From positions 17 to 64,016 of the forward strand of contig JAYQON010000004.1 of NCBI GenBank assembly GCA_038144835.1: a stretch of DNA of 64,000 nt, in the 5' to 3' direction. Positions within the stretch are counted from its first letter, which is position 1; every line of letters starts with the position of its first letter. Under the pieces are notes generated by a model. It saw only the letters and a program-made list of their open reading frames with translations, was not told the origin of the DNA and made no database searches. The position numbers and the translations under genes were made by a program. The DNA is from Bdellovibrionales bacterium (GTDB lineage Bacteria > Bdellovibrionota > Bdellovibrionia > Bdellovibrionales > UBA1609). Positions 28,398-36,939 of this stretch are shown here, piece after piece.

Positions 28398-29773
28398 TAA
28401 CGATAGTGCTCGGGTTTAAACGGCCCCTTTTGGCTCAAGCCCAAATACTTCGATTGTTTATCGGAGAGCTTTGTCAACTTAACGCCCAATTTATCGAGGT
28501 GCAAAGCGGCCACTTTTTCGTCAAGCTCTTTGGGTAAACGGTAAACACCAACATCCTGATACTTGGCACCATTGTTCCAAAGATCTATTTGCGCCAGAAC
28601 TTGATTGGTAAATGAATTTGACATCACAAACGACGGATGTCCCGTGGCGCAACCAAGGTTCACCAATCGACCCTTAGCCAAAACGATAATTTCTCGACCA
28701 TCTTTGAATCGGTGAATATCTACTTGCGGTTTAACCTCACGGACTTGCGTGTTTTTATTCAACCAAGCCATATCGATTTCAATATCGAAGTGACCGATGT
28801 TGCAAACAATAGCGCCGCTCTTCATTTTTTTAAAATGCTTATCAGTAATGATGTCACAGCAGCCCGTGGCGGTAACAAAGATGTCGGCTTTGTCCGCCGC
28901 TTCATCCATAGTCAACACCTCAAAGCCTTCCATCGCCGCTTGCAAAGCACAGATCGGATCAATCTCAGTAATCAAAACACGAGCGCCGTACGCACGCATA
29001 CTGTGAGCAGAGCCCTTACCCACGTCACCGTATCCAGCGACAACCACGACCTTGCCCGCAACCATAGTGTCAGTGGCACGCTTGATGCCGTCAGCTAAAG
29101 ATTCTCGACATCCATAAAGATTATCGAATTTGGATTTGGTTACACTGTCATTAATGTTGATGGCAGGGACTTTGAGCTTGCCTTCTTTATGTAGGCGCTC
29201 AAGGTTATGTACACCCGTCGTCGTCTCCTCAGAAATACCCACAATCTGCTTCATCAGCTTGGAATAACGATTCTCATGCATCATATTGGTGAGGTCGCCT
29301 CCATCATCGAGAATCAGGTCATAACCATCTGGCCCCCAACCTTCAATGGTCTGCTCAATACACCAGTTAAACTCTTCCTCGGTTTCACCCTTCCACGCAA
29401 AAACAGGAATTCCGGCGGCGGCCATCGCTACGGCAGCATGATCTTGAGTCGAAAAGATATTGCAAGAGCTCCAGCGAACCGTCGCACCCAACTCGATCAG
29501 GGTTTCAATCAAAACGGCAGTTTGAATGGTCATATGAAGGCAACCGGCAATCCGCGCTCCTTTAAGCGGCTTAGATTTCCGATACTCTTTACGTAGAGCC
29601 ATTAATCCTGGCATTTCCGATTCAGCGATTTTTATTTCTTCTCGCCCCCAGCGTGCCATTTCGGCAAAGACTTTGGGATTTTCCATAGCCTCTTTGCACA
29701 CTCGAAAATCTTTTTTAGCTATTTTCGGTAGAGTCTTGGCAGCCTTAGATTTCATAGTGGAAACCTCACGCAT
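28394..29773 (-). CDS. ahcY: adenosylhomocysteinase
   Basis: [37 protein letters not shown]. Strong AGGAG RBS 7 nt upstream of the ATG. Confidence 0.95.
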   Translation of the reverse strand: MREVSTMKSKAAKTLPKIAKKDFRVCKEAMENPKVFAEMARWGREEIKIAESEMPGLMALRKEYRKSKPLKGARIAGCLHMTIQTAVLIETLIELGATVRWSSCNIFSTQDHAAVAMAAAGIPVFAWKGETEEEFNWCIEQTIEGWGPDGYDLILDDGGDLTNMMHENRYSKLMKQIVGISEETTTGVHNLERLHKEGKLKVPAININDSVTKSKFDNLYGCRESLADGIKRATDTMVAGKVVVVAGYGDVGKGSAHSMRAYGARVLITEIDPICALQAAMEGFEVLTMDEAADKADIFVTATGCCDIITDKHFKKMKSGAIVCNIGHFDIEIDMAWLNKNTQVREVKPQVDIHRFKDGREIIVLAKGRLVNLGCATGHPSFVMSNSFTNQVLAQIDLWNNGAKYQDVGVYRLPKELDEKVAALHLDKLGVKLTKLSDKQSKYLGLSQKGPFKPEHYRY

Positions 29774-29826
29774 TGTTATCTCCTGAAGGTTGAAAGCGCC
29801 AGTATAGGCCGCACGGTGACCCTTGT

Positions 29827-30582
29827 CTATGGAAGGGTCATGATTTCGTAGCCCTGATCCGTAACCAACACGGTGTGCTCAAACTGAGCCGAAAGTGTTC
29901 TATCACCCGTGTGGTAGTACTTGATTTCAGAGTTTGGAATCGAAAACTCCTCGATCTCAGCATCCGTCTGATTGATCATTGGTTCAACTGTGATGCAGCA
30001 CCACGGCACAAGCTTAGCTCCACGTCCTTTTTTTCCATAGGACGGCACAAAGGGATCATCATGAAAAACTTTGCCAATCCCATGTCCACCAATCTCGCGC
30101 ACAACATGATAACCACGTTTGGTTACCAGCTTATTGATAGCAAAGCCGATATCTCCGGTGGTGACAAATGGACTAACTTCTTCAATCCCCCTCCACATAG
30201 CCTTCTCCGCGCAGTCCGTAAGATCTTTAGCTAGATCTGATACTTCGCCCACAAAAAAGGTTCGTGAAGTGTCTCCATAAAAGCCATCGAGAATACAAGT
30301 CACGTCGATATTAACGATATCCCCCAACTTAAGAACTGTACCGTCAGGTACGCCATGACAAATAACCGAGTTGACTGAGGTACAGCTTGATTTGGGAAAA
30401 CCATGATACCCGAGAGGAGCCGGCAAGGCTCCAGCTGAGAGCGTATAGTCGTGAACAATCTTATCAATTTCATCCGTGGTGATTCCAGCGCGCACAAATT
30501 TGCCCGCATGTTCTAGAGTACGCGCGGCGAGCTTGCCGGCGGCACGCATCTTGACGATTTCATTTTTACTAAGTGGGGTCAT
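29827..30582 (-). CDS. map: type I methionyl aminopeptidase
   Basis: Start moved to ATG 30582 ([20 protein letters not shown] aligns with the E. coli Map N-terminus). VCHG, D..D, GHGIG and EPM metal-ligand motifs. Confidence 0.9.
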   Translation of the reverse strand: MTPLSKNEIVKMRAAGKLAARTLEHAGKFVRAGITTDEIDKIVHDYTLSAGALPAPLGYHGFPKSSCTSVNSVICHGVPDGTVLKLGDIVNIDVTCILDGFYGDTSRTFFVGEVSDLAKDLTDCAEKAMWRGIEEVSPFVTTGDIGFAINKLVTKRGYHVVREIGGHGIGKVFHDDPFVPSYGKKGRGAKLVPWCCITVEPMINQTDAEIEEFSIPNSEIKYYHTGDRTLSAQFEHTVLVTDQGYEIMTLP

Positions 30583-30971
30583 GAAGAGAGTCGTAACAGA
30601 ACTAGGGTTTGACCGCAACCGCGACCTTGCCCACGGAAATACCGAGTTGAGGACGAGGGTCCAGACCAGTCTTTAACGCCAAAGCCAGCTCTTTTGCGAG
30701 CCGCCAACCCAACCTATCCCTGTTCGTAGAGAAACCTCTCTAACACGGCTCTCGGAAACTTAGGCCTGGGAACCCTCTTCCCACTCAATTTTTTATGCAT
30801 GCCCAACAGACTCATCTAAGAGCAATGGCTATGCCCACAATCTAAATAGGCGGTAATATTGAGGTTCAAATAGGGAGTTCCTCAGATTTGCTCGAACTTT
30901 GAGCGTTTTTTGATAGACAAGCCTGAAGCGTTTACAAGTCTTTTTATCTCCTACCATGCGCCTCTGAGCTC

Positions 30972-31006
30972 AAAAAAACAAAACCCACGGGGTGAGCCGT
31001 GGGTTT
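30972..31006 (-). terminator. rho-independent terminator downstream of the SWIB gene
   Basis: 10-bp perfect stem aaacccacgg / ccgtgggttt (30981-30990 / 30997-31006) with a 6-nt loop. On the minus strand it is followed by a T-rich tract (complement of caaaaaaaca, 30971-30980). Confidence 0.6.
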
Positions 31007-31033
31007 TGCCATTTTGGTCATCGACCAAAGTGA

Positions 31034-31399
31034 TTAGCGCAGGTGTTTGCTGACCAACTTGGTCATTTCAAACATAGATACAGTGCCTTTACCAAAAACG
31101 CCTTTGAGCTTGGCATCAGCATTGATGTTGCGCTTGTTTTTTGTGTCTTGAAGTCCGTTCTTTTTGATGTAAGCCCAGAGCTTCTTTACAACCTGAGTGC
31201 GAGGCAGCGGCGAAGAGCCAACGATCTCCGCAAGAGCGGGGCTTGGAGTCAGCGGCTTCATGAAAGCTGCATTTGGCTTACGCTTACTGCCAGCTTTCTT
31301 AGCCACTTTCTTTGTAGCTTTTTTCGTGGCTTTCTTTACGGCTTTCTTAGTTCCAGCCGCTTTCTTAGTCGCCTTTTTGGTTGCTTTTTTAGTCGCCAT
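31034..31399 (-). CDS. SWIB/MDM2-domain protein with histone-H1-like lysine-rich N-terminal tail
   Basis: Start moved to ATG 31399 (GGAGGGGAACAAAGA-ATG). The tail is MATKKATKKATKKAAGTKKAVKKATKKATKKVAKKAGSKRK, followed by the SWIB core LPRTQVVKKLWAYIKKNGLQD. Confidence 0.85.
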   Translation of the reverse strand: MATKKATKKATKKAAGTKKAVKKATKKATKKVAKKAGSKRKPNAAFMKPLTPSPALAEIVGSSPLPRTQVVKKLWAYIKKNGLQDTKNKRNINADAKLKGVFGKGTVSMFEMTKLVSKHLR

Positions 31400-31503
31400 T
31401 CTTTGTTCCCCTCCCAAATAAATTGGGTTGTTAATTGTTATGGCCTTCAAACCCGATGATACTGAAACGCTATCACTTGGCAAAAGAAAAATGCATAAAG
31501 CTG

Positions 31504-31554
31504 CATTTTCTCCTCTGAAAATTACCACTCACAAGCCATTTTCTCCTCTGAAAA
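31504..31554. repeat. two perfect 18-nt direct repeats CATTTTCTCCTCTGAAAA, 33 nt apart (third degenerate copy at 31615-31631)
   Basis: Copies at 31504-31521 and 31537-31554, read directly. They lie in the intergenic region between the divergent SWIB and J-domain genes. Confidence 0.8.
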
Positions 31555-31559
31555 GACTT

Positions 31560-31589
31560 TTTTCGCGAGAGCAATACCTCTCGCGAAAA
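31560..31589. promoter_or_regulatory. perfect 12-bp inverted repeat TTTTCGCGAGAG-n6-CTCTCGCGAAAA (candidate operator or RNA hairpin)
   Basis: Read directly. It sits between repeat copies 2 and 3. No flanking U-tract on either strand, so it is not a canonical terminator. Confidence 0.5.
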
Positions 31590-31742
31590 CCAGAAGAAGC
31601 CTTTCAACTGCATCCAATTTCCCTCTGAAAAATGGCTTTTGCGAAAAAGGCAGAGCTCGCCCAGAGGAGGCCAGATACCTCGAGGTTCGGCACCAGAAAA
31701 GGTCTGGCTCCCTTGAGAAATTGTCATCTTATTCCGAGACGC

Positions 31743-32327
31743 ATGGTGATGGAAAAAGGCGAATTTCACAGTCTACTCAGACAGATGCTCGCGGAAAAAA
31801 TCACCCCGCAGGGGCAAAAACGGCCTACTGAAGGTAACTCCGAGGTTCACGATCACTTAGCAGCCAATTTAAATTTTTATTGGCAAGCCCCTGAAACGCT
31901 CAATTTTTCGGGCCGCGGCTTACAGAAATACCCTCGAACACAAAGACCTACTAGACCAAAACAAAAGGTTAACAACTCGACCCTCACAGAGGTCCACAAG
32001 CTAAAGCCTATGAACAAAGAATCTCAGTGCATTTCACTGAGCCGTCTGGAGCCGAGGGAGAATAGCGCCGCTCAAACGCTTTTGCGTCTGGGTGCAAGTG
32101 AACTCAAAGACGGAGTCTCTCTCTTTTTGTTGAAAAAAGCGCATCGCCGACTAGCTAAACAATTGCATCCCGACGCTGGAACAAAGTCTCTAGCCGACCA
32201 GTTTATCGAACTGCAGGGCGCCTATGAAATTCTAAGGCGCGCACTGCCTAAATATATGTCTAGTGACTCAGTTTACGGTAATGGATCCGCTTCGGAACCA
32301 GCGTCTCAACGCCCAGACGCTGCTTGA
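31743..32327 (+). CDS. J-domain (DnaJ-like) protein
   Basis: C-terminal LLKKAHRRLAKQLHPDAGT...FIELQGAYEILRR carries the HPD motif. The start is uncertain (31632 or 31743). The 3' end overlaps convergent ettA by 68 nt. Confidence 0.6.
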   Translation: MVMEKGEFHSLLRQMLAEKITPQGQKRPTEGNSEVHDHLAANLNFYWQAPETLNFSGRGLQKYPRTQRPTRPKQKVNNSTLTEVHKLKPMNKESQCISLSRLEPRENSAAQTLLRLGASELKDGVSLFLLKKAHRRLAKQLHPDAGTKSLADQFIELQGAYEILRRALPKYMSSDSVYGNGSASEPASQRPDAA

Positions 32328-33939
32328 GAGCTGCCTCGTATTCTGAATAGTTGCCATTAAAGAACTCGACCTTGCTATCACCCTCAAAGGCAATTATGTG
32401 AGTACAGATCCTATCCAAGAACCACCGATCGTGCGAAATGACCAAGGTGCAGCCACCAAATTCGAGCAAAGCTTCTTCCAGAGCCCGCATGGTGTTGACA
32501 TCCAGATCATTGGTCGGCTCATCGAGCAAAAGTACGTTGCCACCTTGCTTGAGCATTTTAGCCATATAGAGACGATTCAACTCACCTCCGGAGAGATCCT
32601 TAATACGCTTTTGTTGAGATTCTCCACTGAAGGCAAACCAGGATGCGTAGGCTCTTGAACTCACCTCGCGAGCTCCTAGCTTGATCACATCTTCTCCACC
32701 AGAAATCTCCTGCCAAACCGACTTTTCCTTATCAATTTGCGATCTTGCTTGATCCAAATACGCCAACTTGACCGTTTCTCCCACCTTAAAACTGCCCGCA
32801 TCCGGATTTTCTTGACCTGTAATCATGCGGAACAGAGTGGTTTTTCCCGCTCCATTGGGACCAATGATACCCACCGTGGCTCCGCGGGGGATCGCAAAAC
32901 TTAAGTCATCGTAAAGCAATTTATCCCCGTAAGCCTTAGCGATATTCTGCGCCTCAATCACCACCTCACCCAAACGCGGACCCGGCGGGATGTAGATCTG
33001 CATTTCAGCTAATTTTTCTGGTGTGGGCTCTTTGAGCAAATTCTCATAGGCACTCACCCGCGATTTAGCTTTGGCCTGGCGTGCTCTTGGTGACATTCTC
33101 ACCCATTCCAACTCGCGCTCCAGGGTCCGGTTACGTTTTGTCTCGGCTCGCTGTTCTTGCTGTAAACGCTTTTCTTTTTGCTCTAACCAAGACGTATAGT
33201 TGCCTTTCCAAGGAATACCTTCGCCACGATCAAGCTCCAAAATCCACCCTGCTACATTATCTAAGAAATAACGATCATGGGTCACAGCAATCACAGTCCC
33301 TGGAAACTTGTGCAAATAATTTTCTAACCACGCGACCGATTCAGCATCCAAGTGATTCGTAGGTTCATCCAAGAGAAGAATGTCTGGGTTTGAAAGCAGC
33401 AAGCGAGCTAAAGCGACACGCCGACGCTCTCCACCAGATAAATTTTTAACTTCCCAGTCTCCAGGTGGACAGCGCAAGGCCTCCATGGCCACCTCGACTT
33501 TTTGATCGATTTCCCATCCGTCTCGGGCTTCAATTTTTTCTTGAATCACCCCTTGACGTTCAATCAACCGATTCATTTCGTCAGGATCAAGTTCAGGGTC
33601 CTCGAATTTTTTTGAAATGGCATGGAACTCAAGTAGCAATTCATTGAGCTCACCGAGACCATCCATGACGTTTTCTTTGACCGTCTTATTGTCATCGAGT
33701 TTGGGATTTTGCTCCAAGTAGCCAACCTTGAAATCACGCGCAGGAAAGGCTTCACCTAAAAAATCCTGGTCTACTCCCGCCATAATTCTCAGCAAGGACG
33801 ATTTACCGGCGCCATTAAGACCAAGAACACCGATCTTTGCCCCGTAAAAATAAGACAGATAAATATCTTTCAACACGTAGCGGTTCGGGGGATAGACTTT
33901 ACTCACACCCTTCATGGTGTAAATGATTTCATTGGCCAT
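32260..33939 (-). CDS. ettA: energy-dependent translational throttle ABC-F ATPase
   Basis: Start at ATG 33939 (MANEIIYTMKGVSKVYPP). Two ABC cassettes and an EttA-type arm and linker. About 559 aa. Confidence 0.9.
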   Translation of the reverse strand: MANEIIYTMKGVSKVYPPNRYVLKDIYLSYFYGAKIGVLGLNGAGKSSLLRIMAGVDQDFLGEAFPARDFKVGYLEQNPKLDDNKTVKENVMDGLGELNELLLEFHAISKKFEDPELDPDEMNRLIERQGVIQEKIEARDGWEIDQKVEVAMEALRCPPGDWEVKNLSGGERRRVALARLLLSNPDILLLDEPTNHLDAESVAWLENYLHKFPGTVIAVTHDRYFLDNVAGWILELDRGEGIPWKGNYTSWLEQKEKRLQQEQRAETKRNRTLERELEWVRMSPRARQAKAKSRVSAYENLLKEPTPEKLAEMQIYIPPGPRLGEVVIEAQNIAKAYGDKLLYDDLSFAIPRGATVGIIGPNGAGKTTLFRMITGQENPDAGSFKVGETVKLAYLDQARSQIDKEKSVWQEISGGEDVIKLGAREVSSRAYASWFAFSGESQQKRIKDLSGGELNRLYMAKMLKQGGNVLLLDEPTNDLDVNTMRALEEALLEFGGCTLVISHDRWFLDRICTHIIAFEGDSKVEFFNGNYSEYEAALKQRLGVETLVPKRIHYRKLSH

Positions 33940-34029
33940 ATTCATCACCTCTGTAGTTAAACTCTGCTGTAACGAATGCTTTCTTCCTTGTCAAAAGACC
34001 AGGAATCTTTCTAACATAGACTTTAGGCT

Positions 34030-34203
34030 ATGAAACAAAAGCACGGACGCACCACACTCGTACAGGACCTCTGCCGCAAGTTGAAGCTGCAATTGGACGA
34101 GCTGGCCATCGAAGTCGACCAGAGCCCGGCGATTGAAGAAAAAGACCGCCGCAATAAGATGATGGAACAGCTAAAGCAGCAATTGGCTGAGCTTTCGCGC
34201 TAA
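34030..34203 (+). CDS. possible 57-aa coiled-coil protein (not in the ORF track)
   Basis: Manual translation gives MKQKHGRTTLVQDLCRKLKLQLDELAIEVDQSPAIEEKDRRNKMMEQLKQQLAELSR*. Heptad-like composition is more protein-like than the overlapping minus-strand track ORF 34028..34225. Confidence 0.3.
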   Translation: MKQKHGRTTLVQDLCRKLKLQLDELAIEVDQSPAIEEKDRRNKMMEQLKQQLAELSR

Positions 34204-34488
34204 ACGCGAAAGTCAAGCCACTCAAAGTGCCGAGAACCTATTCACCAGTCCCTTCCTTAGGGAAATCGTCGGGTTTATTCAAAAAATAAGCTTGCCGCCT
34301 TCTGCAGCAAACATTTCAGGTACTTTCAGGTGATAAGGGAGCAAAGGATTCGCGGGAAATCACTCACGCAGCCATAGGTTTTTGCCCCGCTAAAATTCTT
34401 CAAGCCCCATATAAACTCGTCATTCTAACTCGCAAATATGCCGGCATATAGCTCCATCTAATAAGGTTCCTGTCGGAGGTCATTTGTC

Positions 34489-35094
34489 ATGATAAAAAGG
34501 ATTACTATCTTGATTTTATCCCTAACAGCTACCCACGTGCACGCTGTCAACGGTGATTCCGCCATTGTCGAGGTGTTGGGTGTCGCTCCATCTAACAACG
34601 CACAAGGAAAAACCATTCAAGTCTACGGAGGACAAACTCGCCATCTTTACGAAATGCTTCCAGATACCGGAATGGGCAGCTACGAACGCAAGGTGACCAT
34701 GTTGAGTCGCGCCTGGGCTGTAGAGTTTTACTGTCATAGAGAGTATGAGCGGCCCACAACCGGCGAAACTCGCTACGATTACATGTGCGAGATCTCTCTT
34801 AACCGGCGCAGCAGCGTACATCAAGAAGGTTGGGAAGCATACCCAGAGGATTTTAGCGCTTACTACGGCAATAACCCGGGACAAGTCTTGGGCATCAATC
34901 CAGGAGATGCCGATGACGGGGATTTCCTAAGCTTTTACGGAGGCAACACTTACATTCTAGCATCGTCATTGCCCGAGCGACTCATTCTTCGCAGCCGAGC
35001 TTACACTCTCACCTTTAGCTGCTGGCAAGACTATCAACGCCCCACCACGGGTGAATGGCGCTCCGATTATATGTGCACCGTCACTCTAAATTAA
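34489..35094 (+). CDS. secreted protein with internal two-fold duplication
   Basis: Signal MIKRITILILSLTATHVHA. The two halves end in CHREYERPTTGETRYDYMCEISLN and CWQDYQRPTTGEWRSDYMCTVTLN. Confidence 0.6.
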   Translation: MIKRITILILSLTATHVHAVNGDSAIVEVLGVAPSNNAQGKTIQVYGGQTRHLYEMLPDTGMGSYERKVTMLSRAWAVEFYCHREYERPTTGETRYDYMCEISLNRRSSVHQEGWEAYPEDFSAYYGNNPGQVLGINPGDADDGDFLSFYGGNTYILASSLPERLILRSRAYTLTFSCWQDYQRPTTGEWRSDYMCTVTLN

Positions 35095-35101
35095 AAAACC
35101 T

Positions 35102-35134
35102 GGCCCCGGAGCGCCAGCGAGGGGGCCGCGTTTT
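35102..35134. terminator. weak hairpin between convergent genes (possible terminator)
   Basis: ggcccc (35102-35107) pairs with ggggcc (35122-35127), followed by gcgtttt. The loop is long (14 nt), hence low confidence. Confidence 0.3.
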
Positions 35135-35441
35135 AGTGACCTCGACAATTCGGTGAAGCATGGGTTTGGCCTTCCCGAGCACGCCACTCCTCAGGAGTAA
35201 ACGCTTGGACTGAAAGTGCATGAATTTGATCTTTTAGTTCTTCACTTAGGATTTCGTGTACACGACGATGTCTCTCTAGACGACTCAGGCCAATAAAGAA
35301 TTCACTAACAGCAACCACACGAAAGTGCTTTTCAGCCTCCAACGGCAAACCATGTTTGGGGCTCTCATTGTCGATATCCAACACCATTGGCGCCAACAAG
35401 CCACTCAGTTTTTCACGAATCACTTTTTCCATTGGTCCCAT
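35133..35441 (-). CDS. BolA-family protein
   Basis: Start moved to ATG 35441 (or 35432). FRVVAVSEFFIGLSRLERHRRVHEIL...IHALSVQAFTPEEW is the BolA signature. Confidence 0.8.
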   Translation of the reverse strand: MGPMEKVIREKLSGLLAPMVLDIDNESPKHGLPLEAEKHFRVVAVSEFFIGLSRLERHRRVHEILSEELKDQIHALSVQAFTPEEWRAREGQTHASPNCRGH

Positions 35442-35452
35442 GCATTTACATC

Positions 35453-36496
35453 CTAACCTATTTCTAATTCTGCACACACACCAAAATGGTCTGAAGGAGC
35501 AAAACCTTGCGCATCTGGATGACCTACAAGCTCCACATTTACCACCTTCATCCTGCTAGAGCCGCGATACCAAATATAATCGATGCGCCGCGGACGCGTC
35601 TCTTGACGCCGTAAAAAAGCCACCAATGAATCTCTGACCTCGGGAGAAAATGAAAGATCCTCAACTTTAACTGACAATGGAAATTGTGATTGAAAAACAT
35701 GATTGGCTTGGTTGTTTTCGCAATCAAAAGTTAAACCACCACCTTTTGGATAATGATCTGCCCATGCATCGCTAAAACCAAGCTCACGCAGTTTAACAAA
35801 AAGTTCACTCTCTGGCTGGGCGTTGAAATCACCAGCCAAGACCACCACTTCATACCTTCCCTGCAATTGACTTAAAGTGCGCAGCACTTCATTGAGCTCC
35901 TGACGACGGCGCGCCACTCCAGCAGCCAGTCGTGTTTTCAACTCAGAAACGAGCGTTGGGGACAACTCTAGATTCTTTGCCAGAGCATCCAACTCCGAAC
36001 AAAATTCGGGAGTGGGCTCTAAACCATGATGTAAATGAGTATTAACCAGTAGTACTCGCCCCCAACCTGGAACCATAGTCTCGCAAAACAATGCGAAGCG
36101 CTCCTCACTCAATTGATAACTGCCCCATTGGCGCACCCAACGGGTTCCTGGTCGAGACAGCGACACCGCTTTGACCCATTTCAACCCCAGAGTTGAACTG
36201 GCCATTGTCACTAATCCTGAATTAAGATTCAGTGGCAATCCAAAGCCAAAAATTTTGGTGCCAACTAAATCAGGCTGGTACTCCGCATCCTTCGCCAATG
36301 CACAAGAGAGCTCCTGCGAACGTCTGCCAACCGGATTGACTTCCTGAAAAAAACAAACGTCGGCCCCGACGGCCTTAATAACATCAATCTGCAACTGTTC
36401 TCTCAACAGTCTGCGGCCCTCAGGTTCTAATGCCTCAAAAGCAACTGCACCCGAAGGCTTAAGTCCATGCCAAAGATTGAAGGTTAAAAAACGCAT
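35453..36496 (-). CDS. endonuclease/exonuclease/phosphatase (EEP) family protein
   Basis: MRFLTFNLWHG, FFQEV, NTHLHH, GDFN and SDHFGV are EEP catalytic motifs. Confidence 0.75.
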   Translation of the reverse strand: MRFLTFNLWHGLKPSGAVAFEALEPEGRRLLREQLQIDVIKAVGADVCFFQEVNPVGRRSQELSCALAKDAEYQPDLVGTKIFGFGLPLNLNSGLVTMASSTLGLKWVKAVSLSRPGTRWVRQWGSYQLSEERFALFCETMVPGWGRVLLVNTHLHHGLEPTPEFCSELDALAKNLELSPTLVSELKTRLAAGVARRRQELNEVLRTLSQLQGRYEVVVLAGDFNAQPESELFVKLRELGFSDAWADHYPKGGGLTFDCENNQANHVFQSQFPLSVKVEDLSFSPEVRDSLVAFLRRQETRPRRIDYIWYRGSSRMKVVNVELVGHPDAQGFAPSDHFGVCAELEIG

Positions 36497-36526
36497 TGAT
36501 AGTGAGTAAAACCCTAACCAAAAAAT

Positions 36527-36934
36527 TTACGAGCGACCATGAACAAGTGCACGCTCGGCATCCTCAAAAACAACCTGCATTGTTTGACCGCTCACCATGG
36601 TGACAAACCCTAAACCAAATTTGGGGTGTTCAAGCGCGGCCCCAGCATTAAAGGCGGTTTTCATGTTGTAAGGCGTTGGAGAACCACTAGATTTTTCGCG
36701 CAATTCTTGCCAACGAGCCACATGGGCAGCTCCCCGAGACGTGGTTTTACGTGGCGCTCCCGCGCGGGCTGGCTTATCACTTTCAAGCTTGAGGGTGTTT
36801 TTAGTTTTACAAACTTCACATTCCAGCTTGGCCGAGCGGCTATTCACGTGAGCCATAACCACTTGATAACGATCTATTCCACACTTCTTGCACGGGTAAA
36901 AAACTTTTTTTGCGACTGCCGGTAGCTCTTTCAT
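36527..36934 (-). CDS. zinc-ribbon protein with C-terminal Tudor/DUF3553-like segment
   Basis: CKKCG...CEVC ribbon. The C-terminal LEHPKFGLGFVTMVSGQTMQVVFED resembles the UvrD-C/DUF3553 beta-domain. Confidence 0.5.
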   Translation of the reverse strand: MKELPAVAKKVFYPCKKCGIDRYQVVMAHVNSRSAKLECEVCKTKNTLKLESDKPARAGAPRKTTSRGAAHVARWQELREKSSGSPTPYNMKTAFNAGAALEHPKFGLGFVTMVSGQTMQVVFEDAERALVHGRS

Positions 36935-36939
36935 TAAAA

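Noticed and set aside
30583-30790. SAH or SAM riboswitch upstream of map-ahcY
   Set aside because: I read both strands and could not find the conserved SAH-riboswitch core or any SAM-class core that I recognise. The ahcY gene itself has only a 53-nt upstream gap with a plain AGGAG RBS. I keep this only as an unexplained non-coding region needing an Infernal scan.
31270-31399. Tandem DNA repeat / VNTR in the KKATKK-coding region
   Set aside because: The periodicity is imperfect at the nucleotide level. It is explained by the lysine/alanine/threonine-rich coding sequence of the SWIB protein tail.
31473-31769. 98-aa minus-strand track ORF spanning the intergenic repeats
   Set aside because: Its sequence (…SFQRRKW…NFQRRKC…) is simply the translation of the repeated 18-mer. 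It has no RBS context and an implausible composition. It overlaps the candidate J-domain gene start region.
34028-34225. 65-aa minus-strand track ORF
   Set aside because: The Ala/Gly/Pro/Arg/Cys-rich composition is typical of an antisense shadow. The plus-strand 57-aa reading is more protein-like.
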